This document shows, one piece after another, positions 17,324 to 26,326 of a stretch of 32,000 nt of DNA. The stretch is taken from assembly GCA_000025185.1 (NCBI GenBank), contig CP001848.1, positions 1,110,001-1,142,000 on the forward strand, in the 5' to 3' direction. The stretch comes from Pirellula staleyi DSM 6068 (lineage in GTDB: Bacteria > Planctomycetota > Planctomycetia > Pirellulales > Pirellulaceae). A program made the translations under genes and the position numbers. Position 1 is the first letter of the stretch; each line of letters starts with the position of its first letter. The notes under the pieces were generated by a model. The model was not told the origin of the DNA. It was given only the letters and a program-made list of their open reading frames with translations, and made no database searches.

Positions 17324-18600
17324 GCACCGCCCCCGCTTCTTCTAGCTCACCTTACTCCTCGAGCAGTGGTAATTCGGCAAGCAGTTCGGCCAAGAGCAGT
17401 TCCTCCAAGTCATCGTCGGCGATTGTGCCACTGGCTCTGGTCGGACTCTTTATCGTCACGCTGCTGATGCTCTGGTTCTATTTCACCTCCCGCACCTCCG
17501 ACACCATCACGTCGGAATACGGTAAGCGCCGCGCTAGTGGTGCCACCGATAGTGTGAATGGCACCTCGGTCCTTGCCGAGATGTTCAAAGCGACCGGACG
17601 CCGCGTCGAAACGATCAACCAACTTTCGCCACGTCTCGAGCGTTATCAAACGATCGTCTGGTTTCCGGATGATTTTTCTCCACCCTCTGCCGAACAGCGC
17701 GAAGCGCTCGAGGACTGGCTCTTCGACGGGAGTGGCCGGGTGCTGATCTATGTCGGTCGCGACTACGATGCTCGATCCGACTACTACAACGACATTCGGC
17801 CGCTCGTCAAAAAAGAAGAACGTAGCGAGTTCGAGCGACGTCGCGCCACGGCCAAATCGCAGTTCGATAGTGCTCGAGCTTCGATGCCCAAACAAGGCTT
17901 CTCGCGCTGGTTTACTGCCAAGCGCGATGGCAAACGAACGGTAGTTAAATCGCTAAGCGGTCCCTGGGCCGAAGGGATCGACGTCACCAAGACCGATCTC
18001 GAACTGCAAGGGCGTCTCGATATTCCGATCGAATCGGATCGCAATGCGACAGTCGATCCCGCGCTGCCGACAGAGACCGAAGCCCTGCTCGAAACCGACG
18101 AAGGGGATGTCCTCGTGAGCTCCATCATCGATGAAGCTTATCTCGGGAGCGGGCAGATCGTGGTCGTTGCGAATGGTGGTTTCGTTCTTAACTATCCGCT
18201 CGTGAATCACGAGCATCGAAAGCTCGCCTCGCGACTGATTGCCGAAACCGATCCCAAAGGGAAAGTTGCGTTTCTCGAGAGTGGTCCCGGTGGCCCCCCT
18301 GTCGTCGATCGCGAACCAGCCGAGGAATCGCAGGCTGCGATTGCGATTTTGAAAGTCTGGCCACTCAGTGCCATCATGCCGCACCTCGTGATTTTTGGCG
18401 TCATGCTTTGTCTGGCACTCTCCCCCATTTTTGGACGTCCGAAAGAATTGCCGCGCGAGACACTGGCCGACTTTGGTAAACATGTTGCCGCGCTGGGACA
18501 ACTGTTGGCCCGCACGCGCGATCGAGGCTATGCCCTGCTGCGACTCGAGCAATACCGTCAGCAAGGGCGCCGCGATTCGGGACGCTCGCATCTGAAGTAA
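17320..18600 (+). CDS. DUF4350 domain membrane protein
   Basis: ATGA overlap with the upstream stop. Ser-rich N-terminus, then a TM helix (IVPLALVGLFIVTLLMLWFYF). GTSVLAEMFKATGRRVE...TIVWFPDDF...GRVLIYVG pattern as in DUF4350 proteins. Second TM near the C-terminus. Confidence 0.7.
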   Translation: MSTAPASSSSPYSSSSGNSASSSAKSSSSKSSSAIVPLALVGLFIVTLLMLWFYFTSRTSDTITSEYGKRRASGATDSVNGTSVLAEMFKATGRRVETINQLSPRLERYQTIVWFPDDFSPPSAEQREALEDWLFDGSGRVLIYVGRDYDARSDYYNDIRPLVKKEERSEFERRRATAKSQFDSARASMPKQGFSRWFTAKRDGKRTVVKSLSGPWAEGIDVTKTDLELQGRLDIPIESDRNATVDPALPTETEALLETDEGDVLVSSIIDEAYLGSGQIVVVANGGFVLNYPLVNHEHRKLASRLIAETDPKGKVAFLESGPGGPPVVDREPAEESQAAIAILKVWPLSAIMPHLVIFGVMLCLALSPIFGRPKELPRETLADFGKHVAALGQLLARTRDRGYALLRLEQYRQQGRRDSGRSHLK

Positions 18601-18713
18601 ACCATCCTCTGCTGTTCATCGATCACCACCCGCGCTAGTCGCTCGCTGTACCACACTTTTAGCCACTCGACGTTCAGCGTCGAACTCACGACATACTGGG
18701 AACTTTCCGCTTC

Positions 18714-20279
18714 ATGAGTAATGCACCCCTCGGACCCGATGCATCCGCTGGCTCGGCCGCTACGATTGAGTTTCACTGCAGCAGTTGTCAGCGAAGTTTG
18801 CGAGTTCCCGCTTCAGCGGCTGGCAAGCGGGCAGCCTGCCCACAGTGCAACGCGATTGTGCAAGTTCCGGCCGCGACGGCACCCGCAGCAAGCACGCTAG
18901 GTTCCGTCGATCCGCTCGCAACTGCTGCCTCGGGAAGCACACCCGGAAGCTTGTCGCTCGGCTCTCCCATGTCGTCGGGCGCTCCGCTGTCGACCGGCAA
19001 TGTCGCGGCAGCCTCTCCGAGCATGATGCCTGGCAGCAACCTCCCCAGTTCAGGAATGCCGAGCGCTGGCGCGACATCGCTTCCACCGATCTCAGCGCCG
19101 GCTGCTTCACCGTTTGGCGCAATCCCGCCGCAGCAACAGCCGTTCGCGCCACAGACGAGCTATCCCCAGCCAACCTATCCGCAGCCAAGCTACGGCCAGA
19201 TGCCACCAGTGAGTTCGGGCTACGGCAGCACGCCGTTTGGAAATTCCGCGCCCACCACCACTCCCACTTCGTCGGCACCTCCGCCAGCGGCGCTAAAACT
19301 CACTGGCAATGCCGCCACAGGTTCGCAGACACGCACCAAGCAATTGTTCGATCGCATCACGAGTGAAATTGCCAAGGTCTACGTCGGTCAAGACGAACTC
19401 GTGCTCGGCGCGCTTGTCGCACTCTTCTCGAGCGGACACGTGCTGATCGAAAGTGTCCCGGGACTCGGTAAAACGCTGCTCGTTCGCGCGCTCGGACGGG
19501 TCCTCGGCTGTCACTTCGGACGTATTCAGTTCACCGCCGACTTGATGCCGAGCGATGTCACCGGCGCTCCGATCCTCGACATGAAAACGCAAGAGTTCCG
19601 CTTCCGTCCGGGACCTGTCTTCACGCAGCTGCTTCTGGCCGACGAAATCAACCGCGCACCGGCGAAAACACACGCCTCGCTCCTCGAAATCATGCAGGAA
19701 TATCGCGTGACGGTCGATGGCAAGAGCCACGTCATCGAGCGTCCGTTCCTGGTCCTCGCGACGCAAAACCCGATCGAGTCCGAAGGTACCTACAACCTGC
19801 CCGAAGCTCAGCTCGACCGCTTCATGTTCAAGCTCGTTGCCAGCTATCCACGCGAGCACGAAGAGGCGCAGATTCTGAAGCTGCATAGCCAGCAGAAGAG
19901 CCTCGAGAAACAGCTCGAACAAGAGGTGGCCACCGTTACCAATCCGAAAGAGATTCTCGAGATCATCGCCCAGAACGCGCAGGTCCGTGTCGACGATCGG
20001 CTGGTCGATTACATCAACAAGATTGTGCGTCTCACGCGGCAATGGCCGAAGTTCCACATGGGTGCTTCACCGCGCGCGGGTCTGGCACTCATGCAGTCGG
20101 CTCGCACGCTCGCTGCCTTTAGTGGTCGCGACTACGCTGTGCCCGACGATGTATTTCAAATCGCTCTGCCTGCTCTGCGCCATCGTGTGGTGCTGACCGC
20201 AGAAGCGGAAGTCGAAGGCTACAAGGTCGACGATCTGCTCACCGAATTGATTCGTTCGGTGGAGGTGCCGCGCCTTTGA
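18714..20279 (+). CDS. moxR: MoxR-family AAA+ ATPase with ~205-aa N-terminal zinc-ribbon plus low-complexity extension
   Basis: AAA_3-type core: VYVGQDELVLGALVALFSSGHVLIESVPGLGKTLL (Walker A), LLADEINRAPAKT (Walker B), VLATQNPIESEGTYNLPEAQLDRF. The N-terminus has CSSC-x16-CPQC followed by a Pro/Ser/Ala/Tyr/Gln-rich linker. Confidence 0.92.
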   Translation: MSNAPLGPDASAGSAATIEFHCSSCQRSLRVPASAAGKRAACPQCNAIVQVPAATAPAASTLGSVDPLATAASGSTPGSLSLGSPMSSGAPLSTGNVAAASPSMMPGSNLPSSGMPSAGATSLPPISAPAASPFGAIPPQQQPFAPQTSYPQPTYPQPSYGQMPPVSSGYGSTPFGNSAPTTTPTSSAPPPAALKLTGNAATGSQTRTKQLFDRITSEIAKVYVGQDELVLGALVALFSSGHVLIESVPGLGKTLLVRALGRVLGCHFGRIQFTADLMPSDVTGAPILDMKTQEFRFRPGPVFTQLLLADEINRAPAKTHASLLEIMQEYRVTVDGKSHVIERPFLVLATQNPIESEGTYNLPEAQLDRFMFKLVASYPREHEEAQILKLHSQQKSLEKQLEQEVATVTNPKEILEIIAQNAQVRVDDRLVDYINKIVRLTRQWPKFHMGASPRAGLALMQSARTLAAFSGRDYAVPDDVFQIALPALRHRVVLTAEAEVEGYKVDDLLTELIRSVEVPRL

Positions 20280-21703
20280 ACGATCCCATCACCAATCTCT
20301 TTACCAACTACGGCGATTTACTGCTGAAAAACGCGGGGCTGCTCGGTGCGGCGTTTGTCGTTCCGCTCCTCTGGCTCGCCGTCTATCGCCGTGTCTTCGC
20401 CAACATTCCGCTGGTGGTGCTGCTGGCCATCCCTGCGCTACTGTCGTTCTCGCTCCTGTTTCAGCAGCAACTGTTTAGCGTCATCATCTGGGTCGACGCC
20501 GCCATTTTCCTGGTCGCGACGATCGATCTCTTCACGCTGCCGGGCAAGCGCGCGCTGCAAATCGAGCGCGAGATGGCACTCGTCGGTTCGCTCAAGAAAC
20601 AGCATCGTGTCACGCTGCATATCAGCAACGTTTCGTCGCGTCGACTTGTCATTTGGCTACGCGATGATGCACCGGCGGAAATGCAAGCAACGCCCGATCG
20701 CTTCACACTGTCGCTCGCACCGCGCAGCCGCACTACGGTGCACTACGATCTTCAGCCGACCCGTCGTGGCTCGTTCACGCTCTACGATGTGCATGTGCGA
20801 GTCCGAAGTCGACTCGGACTTTGGCAACGCTACCTCGAAATTCCGCAGCAATCCGAGCTCCGTGTTTATCCCGACATGAAGCAGCTGTCGGAGTATGCCA
20901 TCCTCGCACGTACCAATCGCCTGAGCTTGATGGGGGTTCGTCGCACGCGGAAAGTCGGCACCGAAAACGATTTTGAACGCCTGCGCGACTACACGCTCGA
21001 CGACAATCACAAGTACATCGACTGGCGCGCCAGTGCCCGACGCAACAAGCTCACAGTCAAAGATTTTCAGACGAGCCAAAGTCAGCGGATCATCTTCCTG
21101 GTCGACTGCGGTCGGCTCATGACCGGTCAATCCAACGGGCTGAGTCTGCTCGATCACTCGCTCAACGCCGTGCTGATGATGAGCTACGTGGCGCTGCGCC
21201 AAGGCGACTCGGTCGGGATGATCTGTTTCTCCGATCGCGTGCTGAAATACGTGCCGCCCCAAGGTGGCATGAATCAAATGAATCAGCTGCTGCACACGTC
21301 GTTCGATCGCTTTCCCGAACTGGTTGAATCGCGCTACGACGAAGCGTTTCTCTACCTCGCCTCGCACTGCAAAAAACGCTCGCTCGTGGTGCTGATCACC
21401 AACGTCATCGACGAGGTCAACGCGCATCAGATCGAGAGCTATCTGGCAACGCTTGTCGGCAAACATTTACCGCTCGGCGTGTTGCTGCGCGATCATCAGT
21501 TGTTCGACGCTGCCGATCGCGATCCGGTCGACGATGCTACGCTCTATCAGGCCGCCGCTGCTGCCGAGATTCTTACCTGGCGACATCAGGTGCTACGCGA
21601 TCTCGAACATCGAGGCGCACTAGCGCTCGATGTTTTTCCCGAAGATATGACCGCGCCGCTGGTCAACAAGTATCTCGAGATCAAAGCGCGGCACTTGCTC
21701 TAA
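20276..21703 (+). CDS. DUF58 protein (vWA-like MoxR partner) with N-terminal TM helices
   Basis: TTGA start/stop overlap with moxR. DDNHKYIDWRASARRNKLTVKDFQTSQSQRIIFLVDCGRLM is the signature DUF58 block. Two N-terminal hydrophobic helices. Confidence 0.85.
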   Translation: MNDPITNLFTNYGDLLLKNAGLLGAAFVVPLLWLAVYRRVFANIPLVVLLAIPALLSFSLLFQQQLFSVIIWVDAAIFLVATIDLFTLPGKRALQIEREMALVGSLKKQHRVTLHISNVSSRRLVIWLRDDAPAEMQATPDRFTLSLAPRSRTTVHYDLQPTRRGSFTLYDVHVRVRSRLGLWQRYLEIPQQSELRVYPDMKQLSEYAILARTNRLSLMGVRRTRKVGTENDFERLRDYTLDDNHKYIDWRASARRNKLTVKDFQTSQSQRIIFLVDCGRLMTGQSNGLSLLDHSLNAVLMMSYVALRQGDSVGMICFSDRVLKYVPPQGGMNQMNQLLHTSFDRFPELVESRYDEAFLYLASHCKKRSLVVLITNVIDEVNAHQIESYLATLVGKHLPLGVLLRDHQLFDAADRDPVDDATLYQAAAAAEILTWRHQVLRDLEHRGALALDVFPEDMTAPLVNKYLEIKARHLL

Positions 21704-21740
21704 AACGAGCAGCTCACTTGCCGCGACGCACCACAGACTT

Positions 21741-22766
21741 TTATTCCATCGCCAAACCACGAATCCAATCGGCCAGCTCCTGGGGCAATTGCATGCGCCA
21801 GATCAGCGGCTCGCTCGTGATTGGATGAACGAAACCAAGTTCAGCGGCATGGAGTGCTTGCCGTGGCGCGCCACTCTCGTCGCGCTGCGACTTTTCGCCG
21901 AGCTTATGCGTGTAAACTTTTTCGCCGCAGAGCATGTGCCCCGCTTCGGCCAGGTGAATACGAATTTGATGGGTGCGACCTGTTTCGAGGCGACACTCGA
22001 CAACACTATAGGGGCCGATGGTTTGCATCAGCCGCACGTGTGTCACCGCCCGCTGCGCTTCTTCGGCAACTTTACCGGCAGGACTCGAGCCTCGTAGTCC
22101 ATCCCCTCGATCGCGCACTAAATAGGTTTCGATCTTCTGCTCGACAGGAGTGCCATGCACCACCGCCACGTAAGCGCGCGTCACATGATGCTTCTTAAAG
22201 AGCTTGATGAGCGCCGTCGATGCTTCCGGCGTTCGGGCAAACACCATCAGGCCACTCGTATCGCGGTCGAGTCGATGGACTGCAAAGATGCGCGGCAATT
22301 TCGGCGCAGGCTGGGTGCGACGACCTTTCGCGGCGGCACTACCCGCAGCTTCGCGCGGGATCTTCCAGCCCAAATGCTTGGCGAGGAGACGTGGGAGCAC
22401 TTCGTCGAGCGTGGGCTGTAGCTGTTTACGGCGCGAAGGCCAGTTCTTCTCTTCGGGATGCCGTTCGGTCGTCATCCCTGCAGGTTTTTCGACGACCACG
22501 AGGTGGTTATCGACATGCCGGATGCGGACATCTTTTTCATCGGCCGGTTTCGCGAGTGGATGCTGGTAGACCTTCACGACTTCGCCCGGCTTGAGTCGGC
22601 GCGCTTCGTCGAGGCACAAGTTGCCGTTGACCTGCACATGCTGACCGAGGACGAGCGACTTGACATCGCGCCATGAAATCTGACCTAGCCATCGACGAAT
22701 CGCAGCGGCCAGCGTTTGACCCTGCTCGCGCGACGTGACATGAAAATGCTCGGAGTGGTTGCTCAT
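21741..22766 (-). CDS. RluA-family (RluD-like) pseudouridine synthase with N-terminal S4 domain
   Basis: Catalytic motif HRLDRDTSGLMVFA, a GRTHQIRIHL block, and an S4-like N-terminus (VKSLVLGQHVQVNG...LKPGEVVKV). Confidence 0.9.
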   Translation of the reverse strand: MSNHSEHFHVTSREQGQTLAAAIRRWLGQISWRDVKSLVLGQHVQVNGNLCLDEARRLKPGEVVKVYQHPLAKPADEKDVRIRHVDNHLVVVEKPAGMTTERHPEEKNWPSRRKQLQPTLDEVLPRLLAKHLGWKIPREAAGSAAAKGRRTQPAPKLPRIFAVHRLDRDTSGLMVFARTPEASTALIKLFKKHHVTRAYVAVVHGTPVEQKIETYLVRDRGDGLRGSSPAGKVAEEAQRAVTHVRLMQTIGPYSVVECRLETGRTHQIRIHLAEAGHMLCGEKVYTHKLGEKSQRDESGAPRQALHAAELGFVHPITSEPLIWRMQLPQELADWIRGLAME

Positions 22767-22772
22767 CGCCGC

Positions 22773-24776
22773 TTACTTCGTTTCTGCTTTCTTCGGTACT
22801 GCGCCCGGGGCGCTAGGGTCGCCGCTAGCCGCCATCGATTGCCAGGCGAGAAGCGCCGTGGCTAACCGTGGCGAGACGGTCGGGTTCTCTTGCATCTGAC
22901 CAGCGGCTGATTGAATCGCCCCCTCGGCCAGCTTCAAATACTCGTTTTTCCCAGTGATTTTTACGAGTTTCACGAGATTCACTGCCGCCACACTGTTGCC
23001 GGCTGGCATCGCGCTATCGACCGTTTCTTTCACCCGCGCGAGAAGCGATTCGTGATCTTTGCTCGTGAAATAAAAGCCGCCGCGCGGCACATCGTGGAAC
23101 AACTCGACCTGCTGATCGGTCAGCTTGATTGCCTCGTCGAGCCAGCGCTGCTCGCCCGTCGCCTCATGAAGTGCCAGGAGCCCCTCGACCAGCATGGAGT
23201 AGTCACTGAGGTAAGCGTTCAGCTTGGCTTTCTCGCCACTGTAAGTCCGAAAGAGTCGACCTTCAGGAGCGGTCATCTTCGAAAGGACCAATGTCGCTGC
23301 TGTAGCTGCAGCTTCGGTGTAGCGCGGCTCTTTCAGCAGCTTGCCTGCGGTCGCCAGGCCTGTGATCGCAAGTCCATTTTCACCTGCGAGGATTTTGGTA
23401 TCGGTGAGTGGTCGCTTGCGAGCATTGCGTGCGGCGAGCAGTTTGGCATGGATTGGCCGCAAGTCATTCACAAGCTTTTCCACGGTGATTTCGCGTGTTT
23501 TTGCAATATCGACAAGGGTATCGCGGAGCTGAATCACATAGAACGTTTCTTCGAAGTTTGGAGCGCGCGACAAACCATACACGGCGCTATAAAGTTCAAA
23601 CTCCTCTTTGGTGAGTAATTTTTCGACCTCTGCTTTGTCCCAGCGATAGAACTTTCCTTCGACCCCTTCGGTCTCGGCATCGAGCGCCGCATAGAAGCCG
23701 CCGCTAGTGTCGCGCATCTCGCGGAGCATGAACTCGGCAGTTTCTCGGGCGATGCGCTGATAGTTTTCATCGCCAGTCAGCGCATACGCTTCGCTGTAGA
23801 CCGTCAGCAGTTGGCCGTTGTCGTAGAGCATCTTTTCGAAGTGAGGAATGCGCCACATCCGATCAACACTGTAGCGATGAAAGCCTCCTCCCACGTGATC
23901 GTAGATTCCACCCATCGCCATCCGGTCGAGCGTATGAACCAGCATCGCGCGACTTTCAGAAGCGGGCGTTTTCTTCACGATTTCGAGCAAAAACTGCAGA
24001 TTCGAGGGCTCGGGAAACTTGGGGCGTTGCCACTCGATCTCGTCGAAGCCAAAGCCTCCATAGCGCTCGTCGAACTGCGCAGCGAGCCCTTTCTCGACAC
24101 TGGTTGTGAGCTTCGTATCGAGCACAACAGCAAGGAGCAACTTGGGGCCTTCGAGCTGATCCTTGATGAACCGCGCGAGTGTCGTTGCATCGTCGCCGAG
24201 CTTCACCGGCTCCTTCTTCCACATCTCACTCACTTTGGATGAGAGGGTGAGAAAGCCAGTCATTCCTTCGCGATCGCCATCGCGCGCGGGGAAGTAGGTG
24301 CCACCAAAAAAGGGATTCCCTTCGGGGGTGAGGAACACGGTCATCGGCCACCCCCCACCGCGTCGACCAGTCGTCAGTTGCAAGTAGGTTTGTACGGCGG
24401 TCATGTAAATGGTGTCGATATCGGGACGTTCTTCGCGATCGACTTTGATGCAGATGAAGTTCTCGTTGAGTAGCTTCGCGATCTCGGGATCGAGGAACGA
24501 CTCGCGCTCCATCACATGGCACCAATGACAGCTGGAATAGCCGACCGAAAGGAAGATCGGCTTATTCTCTTTCTTGGCGCGCTCGAGCGCTTCGTTGCCC
24601 CAGGGATACCAGTCGACCGGGTTGTGGGCGTGCAGCAGCAAATAGGGACTGGTCTCTTGGGCTAGTCGATTCGTCTTGGTCGGCTGTTTTGGCGCAGGCT
24701 CTTCGGCCATCGCCCCTGCGAGCACGACGAGCCCCAGCAGGCAAAAAACGAGCAAATGGATTCGACTAGATGGCAT
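22773..24776 (-). CDS. Thioredoxin-fold DUF255 protein (YyaL/SPATA20-like, with alpha/alpha-toroid C-terminal region)
   Basis: [52 protein letters not shown] is the canonical DUF255 N-terminus. Signal/anchor [24 protein letters not shown] from the ATG at 24776, versus the ORF-track start at 24839. Confidence 0.9.
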   Translation of the reverse strand: MPSSRIHLLVFCLLGLVVLAGAMAEEPAPKQPTKTNRLAQETSPYLLLHAHNPVDWYPWGNEALERAKKENKPIFLSVGYSSCHWCHVMERESFLDPEIAKLLNENFICIKVDREERPDIDTIYMTAVQTYLQLTTGRRGGGWPMTVFLTPEGNPFFGGTYFPARDGDREGMTGFLTLSSKVSEMWKKEPVKLGDDATTLARFIKDQLEGPKLLLAVVLDTKLTTSVEKGLAAQFDERYGGFGFDEIEWQRPKFPEPSNLQFLLEIVKKTPASESRAMLVHTLDRMAMGGIYDHVGGGFHRYSVDRMWRIPHFEKMLYDNGQLLTVYSEAYALTGDENYQRIARETAEFMLREMRDTSGGFYAALDAETEGVEGKFYRWDKAEVEKLLTKEEFELYSAVYGLSRAPNFEETFYVIQLRDTLVDIAKTREITVEKLVNDLRPIHAKLLAARNARKRPLTDTKILAGENGLAITGLATAGKLLKEPRYTEAAATAATLVLSKMTAPEGRLFRTYSGEKAKLNAYLSDYSMLVEGLLALHEATGEQRWLDEAIKLTDQQVELFHDVPRGGFYFTSKDHESLLARVKETVDSAMPAGNSVAAVNLVKLVKITGKNEYLKLAEGAIQSAAGQMQENPTVSPRLATALLAWQSMAASGDPSAPGAVPKKAETK

Positions 24777-24884
24777 CGGAGTTCTCGCCAAGCGCGCAGA
24801 GAATGGGTGACTGGCCCCATTGTAGCAAGCAGATGCCAAGGGCGTCGCGGCACGCGCCGATCGGACCGACGATGAAGCCGCAGC

Positions 24885-25691
24885 CTACGAAGAACGCATC
24901 ATTTTCGAGAGAATCCAGTCGCCGAGGGCTGGAAACAGAGCGCTGATAGCGAAGAGAAGTCGTGCACGTCCGGGAATAACCAGCTCGAGCTTGCGTCGCT
25001 CGCAGGCCACCACAATGCGGCGGGCCAGATCGTCGGGATCGAGCCCCTTGAGCTTTACCCCTCCGCCCGGCGATTTCGCACTTTCAGGAAGGTCGGCTGC
25101 TTGCTGGGCATAGCGGACACCAGCATCGTCGCGACGTATCGGGCCAGGACAGACCAGCAAGACATTCAGTTCGTCGTGAGGAACTTCCAGCCGCAGCTGC
25201 TGCGCGTAGGCAGCGAGAGGAAATTTCGAAGCCGGATAGGCTCCAAGAAAACGGGTAGCCGACTTCGAAGCGAGGGAACCTATCAAAACTAAATGACCCC
25301 GGCGACGACGCAGCGAGGGAGCAAGTGCTCGCGTGCAGCGAACGACCGAGAGAAAATTCAGCTCGAGGAGTTGCTGCATCTGCTCGGGCGAGGTGTCGAG
25401 CACCTTTCCACGATCGCTTTTACCAGCGACACAGGCCACCACATCGACATCCCCCAGTTCTTGGTGGATGGTGGCTGTCATCCGCTCGACATCATCGTCG
25501 CGTGTGACATCGGCGGCGATGGTGAGGATATCGCCACCAATTGTCTCGGCGGCGATGCGTAGGCGATTCTCATCGCGGGCCACCAGAATCAGTTTAGCAC
25601 CTTGCGCAGCAAACTTGCGGGCAATGGCAAGTCCCAGACCAGCCGATCCACCGATCACAACGACACGTTTGCCCGACCACGACTGACTCAA
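24885..25691 (-). CDS. Short-chain dehydrogenase/reductase (SDR)
   Basis: GKRVVVIGGSAGLGLAIARKFAAQGAKLILVARD cofactor motif and catalytic YPASK. TTG start. Confidence 0.85.
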   Translation of the reverse strand: MSQSWSGKRVVVIGGSAGLGLAIARKFAAQGAKLILVARDENRLRIAAETIGGDILTIAADVTRDDDVERMTATIHQELGDVDVVACVAGKSDRGKVLDTSPEQMQQLLELNFLSVVRCTRALAPSLRRRRGHLVLIGSLASKSATRFLGAYPASKFPLAAYAQQLRLEVPHDELNVLLVCPGPIRRDDAGVRYAQQAADLPESAKSPGGGVKLKGLDPDDLARRIVVACERRKLELVIPGRARLLFAISALFPALGDWILSKMMRSS

Positions 25692-25840
25692 GCGGATAGC
25701 CTCTACGATGATGGGCCAGCAGGTACCGGCGTGTGACAGCGGGTGATAGCGCGGTGAAAATCTCGAGCACGAGCAGATATCGTACTAACGCGATGCGAGG
25801 GATGGCGAGTGGTGGAGCGCGATGTATTTTTGGTCGGCGC

Positions 25841-25880
25841 AAAAAAAAGGCCCCCGGACACCACTACATCCCAGGGGGGC
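25841..25880 (-). terminator. Rho-independent terminator (minus strand)
   Basis: Minus-sense GCCCCCCTGGGATGTAGTGGTGTCCGGGGGC forms a 6-bp all-G:C stem plus 2-3 inner pairs. It is followed by C and then T8 (the plus-strand A8 at 25841-25848). Confidence 0.6.
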
Positions 25881-26326
25881 AAAGGATGAAGCAGCTCTTC
25901 CGGGAGCGATTGGTCGGTTAGCGGAGGAGCGCGTCCTTGCACATTCCGCTAAACGTATTGATCGAAGTTGACAAGTCGTCGTGCCACATCCATGTCGCAC
26001 AGCAGACTTGAGATCCGCAGACCGTTGCACGCAAGCGTGAACGTTCCTGATGCAGATCGGCCTCGACCAACGAATTGTATTGTGCTTGCGAGTGGCTCTC
26101 TTTCGAGGAGCGTCACTTGCGAGGTGTGGTTGATAGCCGAAAGTTGCGACTCGCCGCAACATCAATTTTTCGTCGCCGGAAAAGTTTTCAGCGAGAAATT
26201 TTGGAGCCATCCACCTGCGTCACCGAAGCGACGGGCCGGAAGATAGGTGAAACGGCCGACGAGGGTCAATATCGATTTTTCGAAGAACTCGAAAGAAGTG
26301 AGAAATCGCTTTATTCCTCGGGAAAT

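Noticed and set aside
18714-21703. MoxR plus vWA-like pair as a MoxR-vWA ternary conflict/defence system
   Set aside because: The partner is a DUF58 protein, not a vWA protein fused to effector or sensor modules. No VMAP-type third component or effector (protease, nuclease, TIR etc.) is present. The neighbourhood is made of membrane housekeeping-type DUFs.
25785-26210. 141-aa minus-strand ORF in the cyclase-SDR spacer
   Set aside because: It reads straight through a strong terminator hairpin and T8 tract. The composition is Arg/Cys/Ser-rich and there are no motifs.
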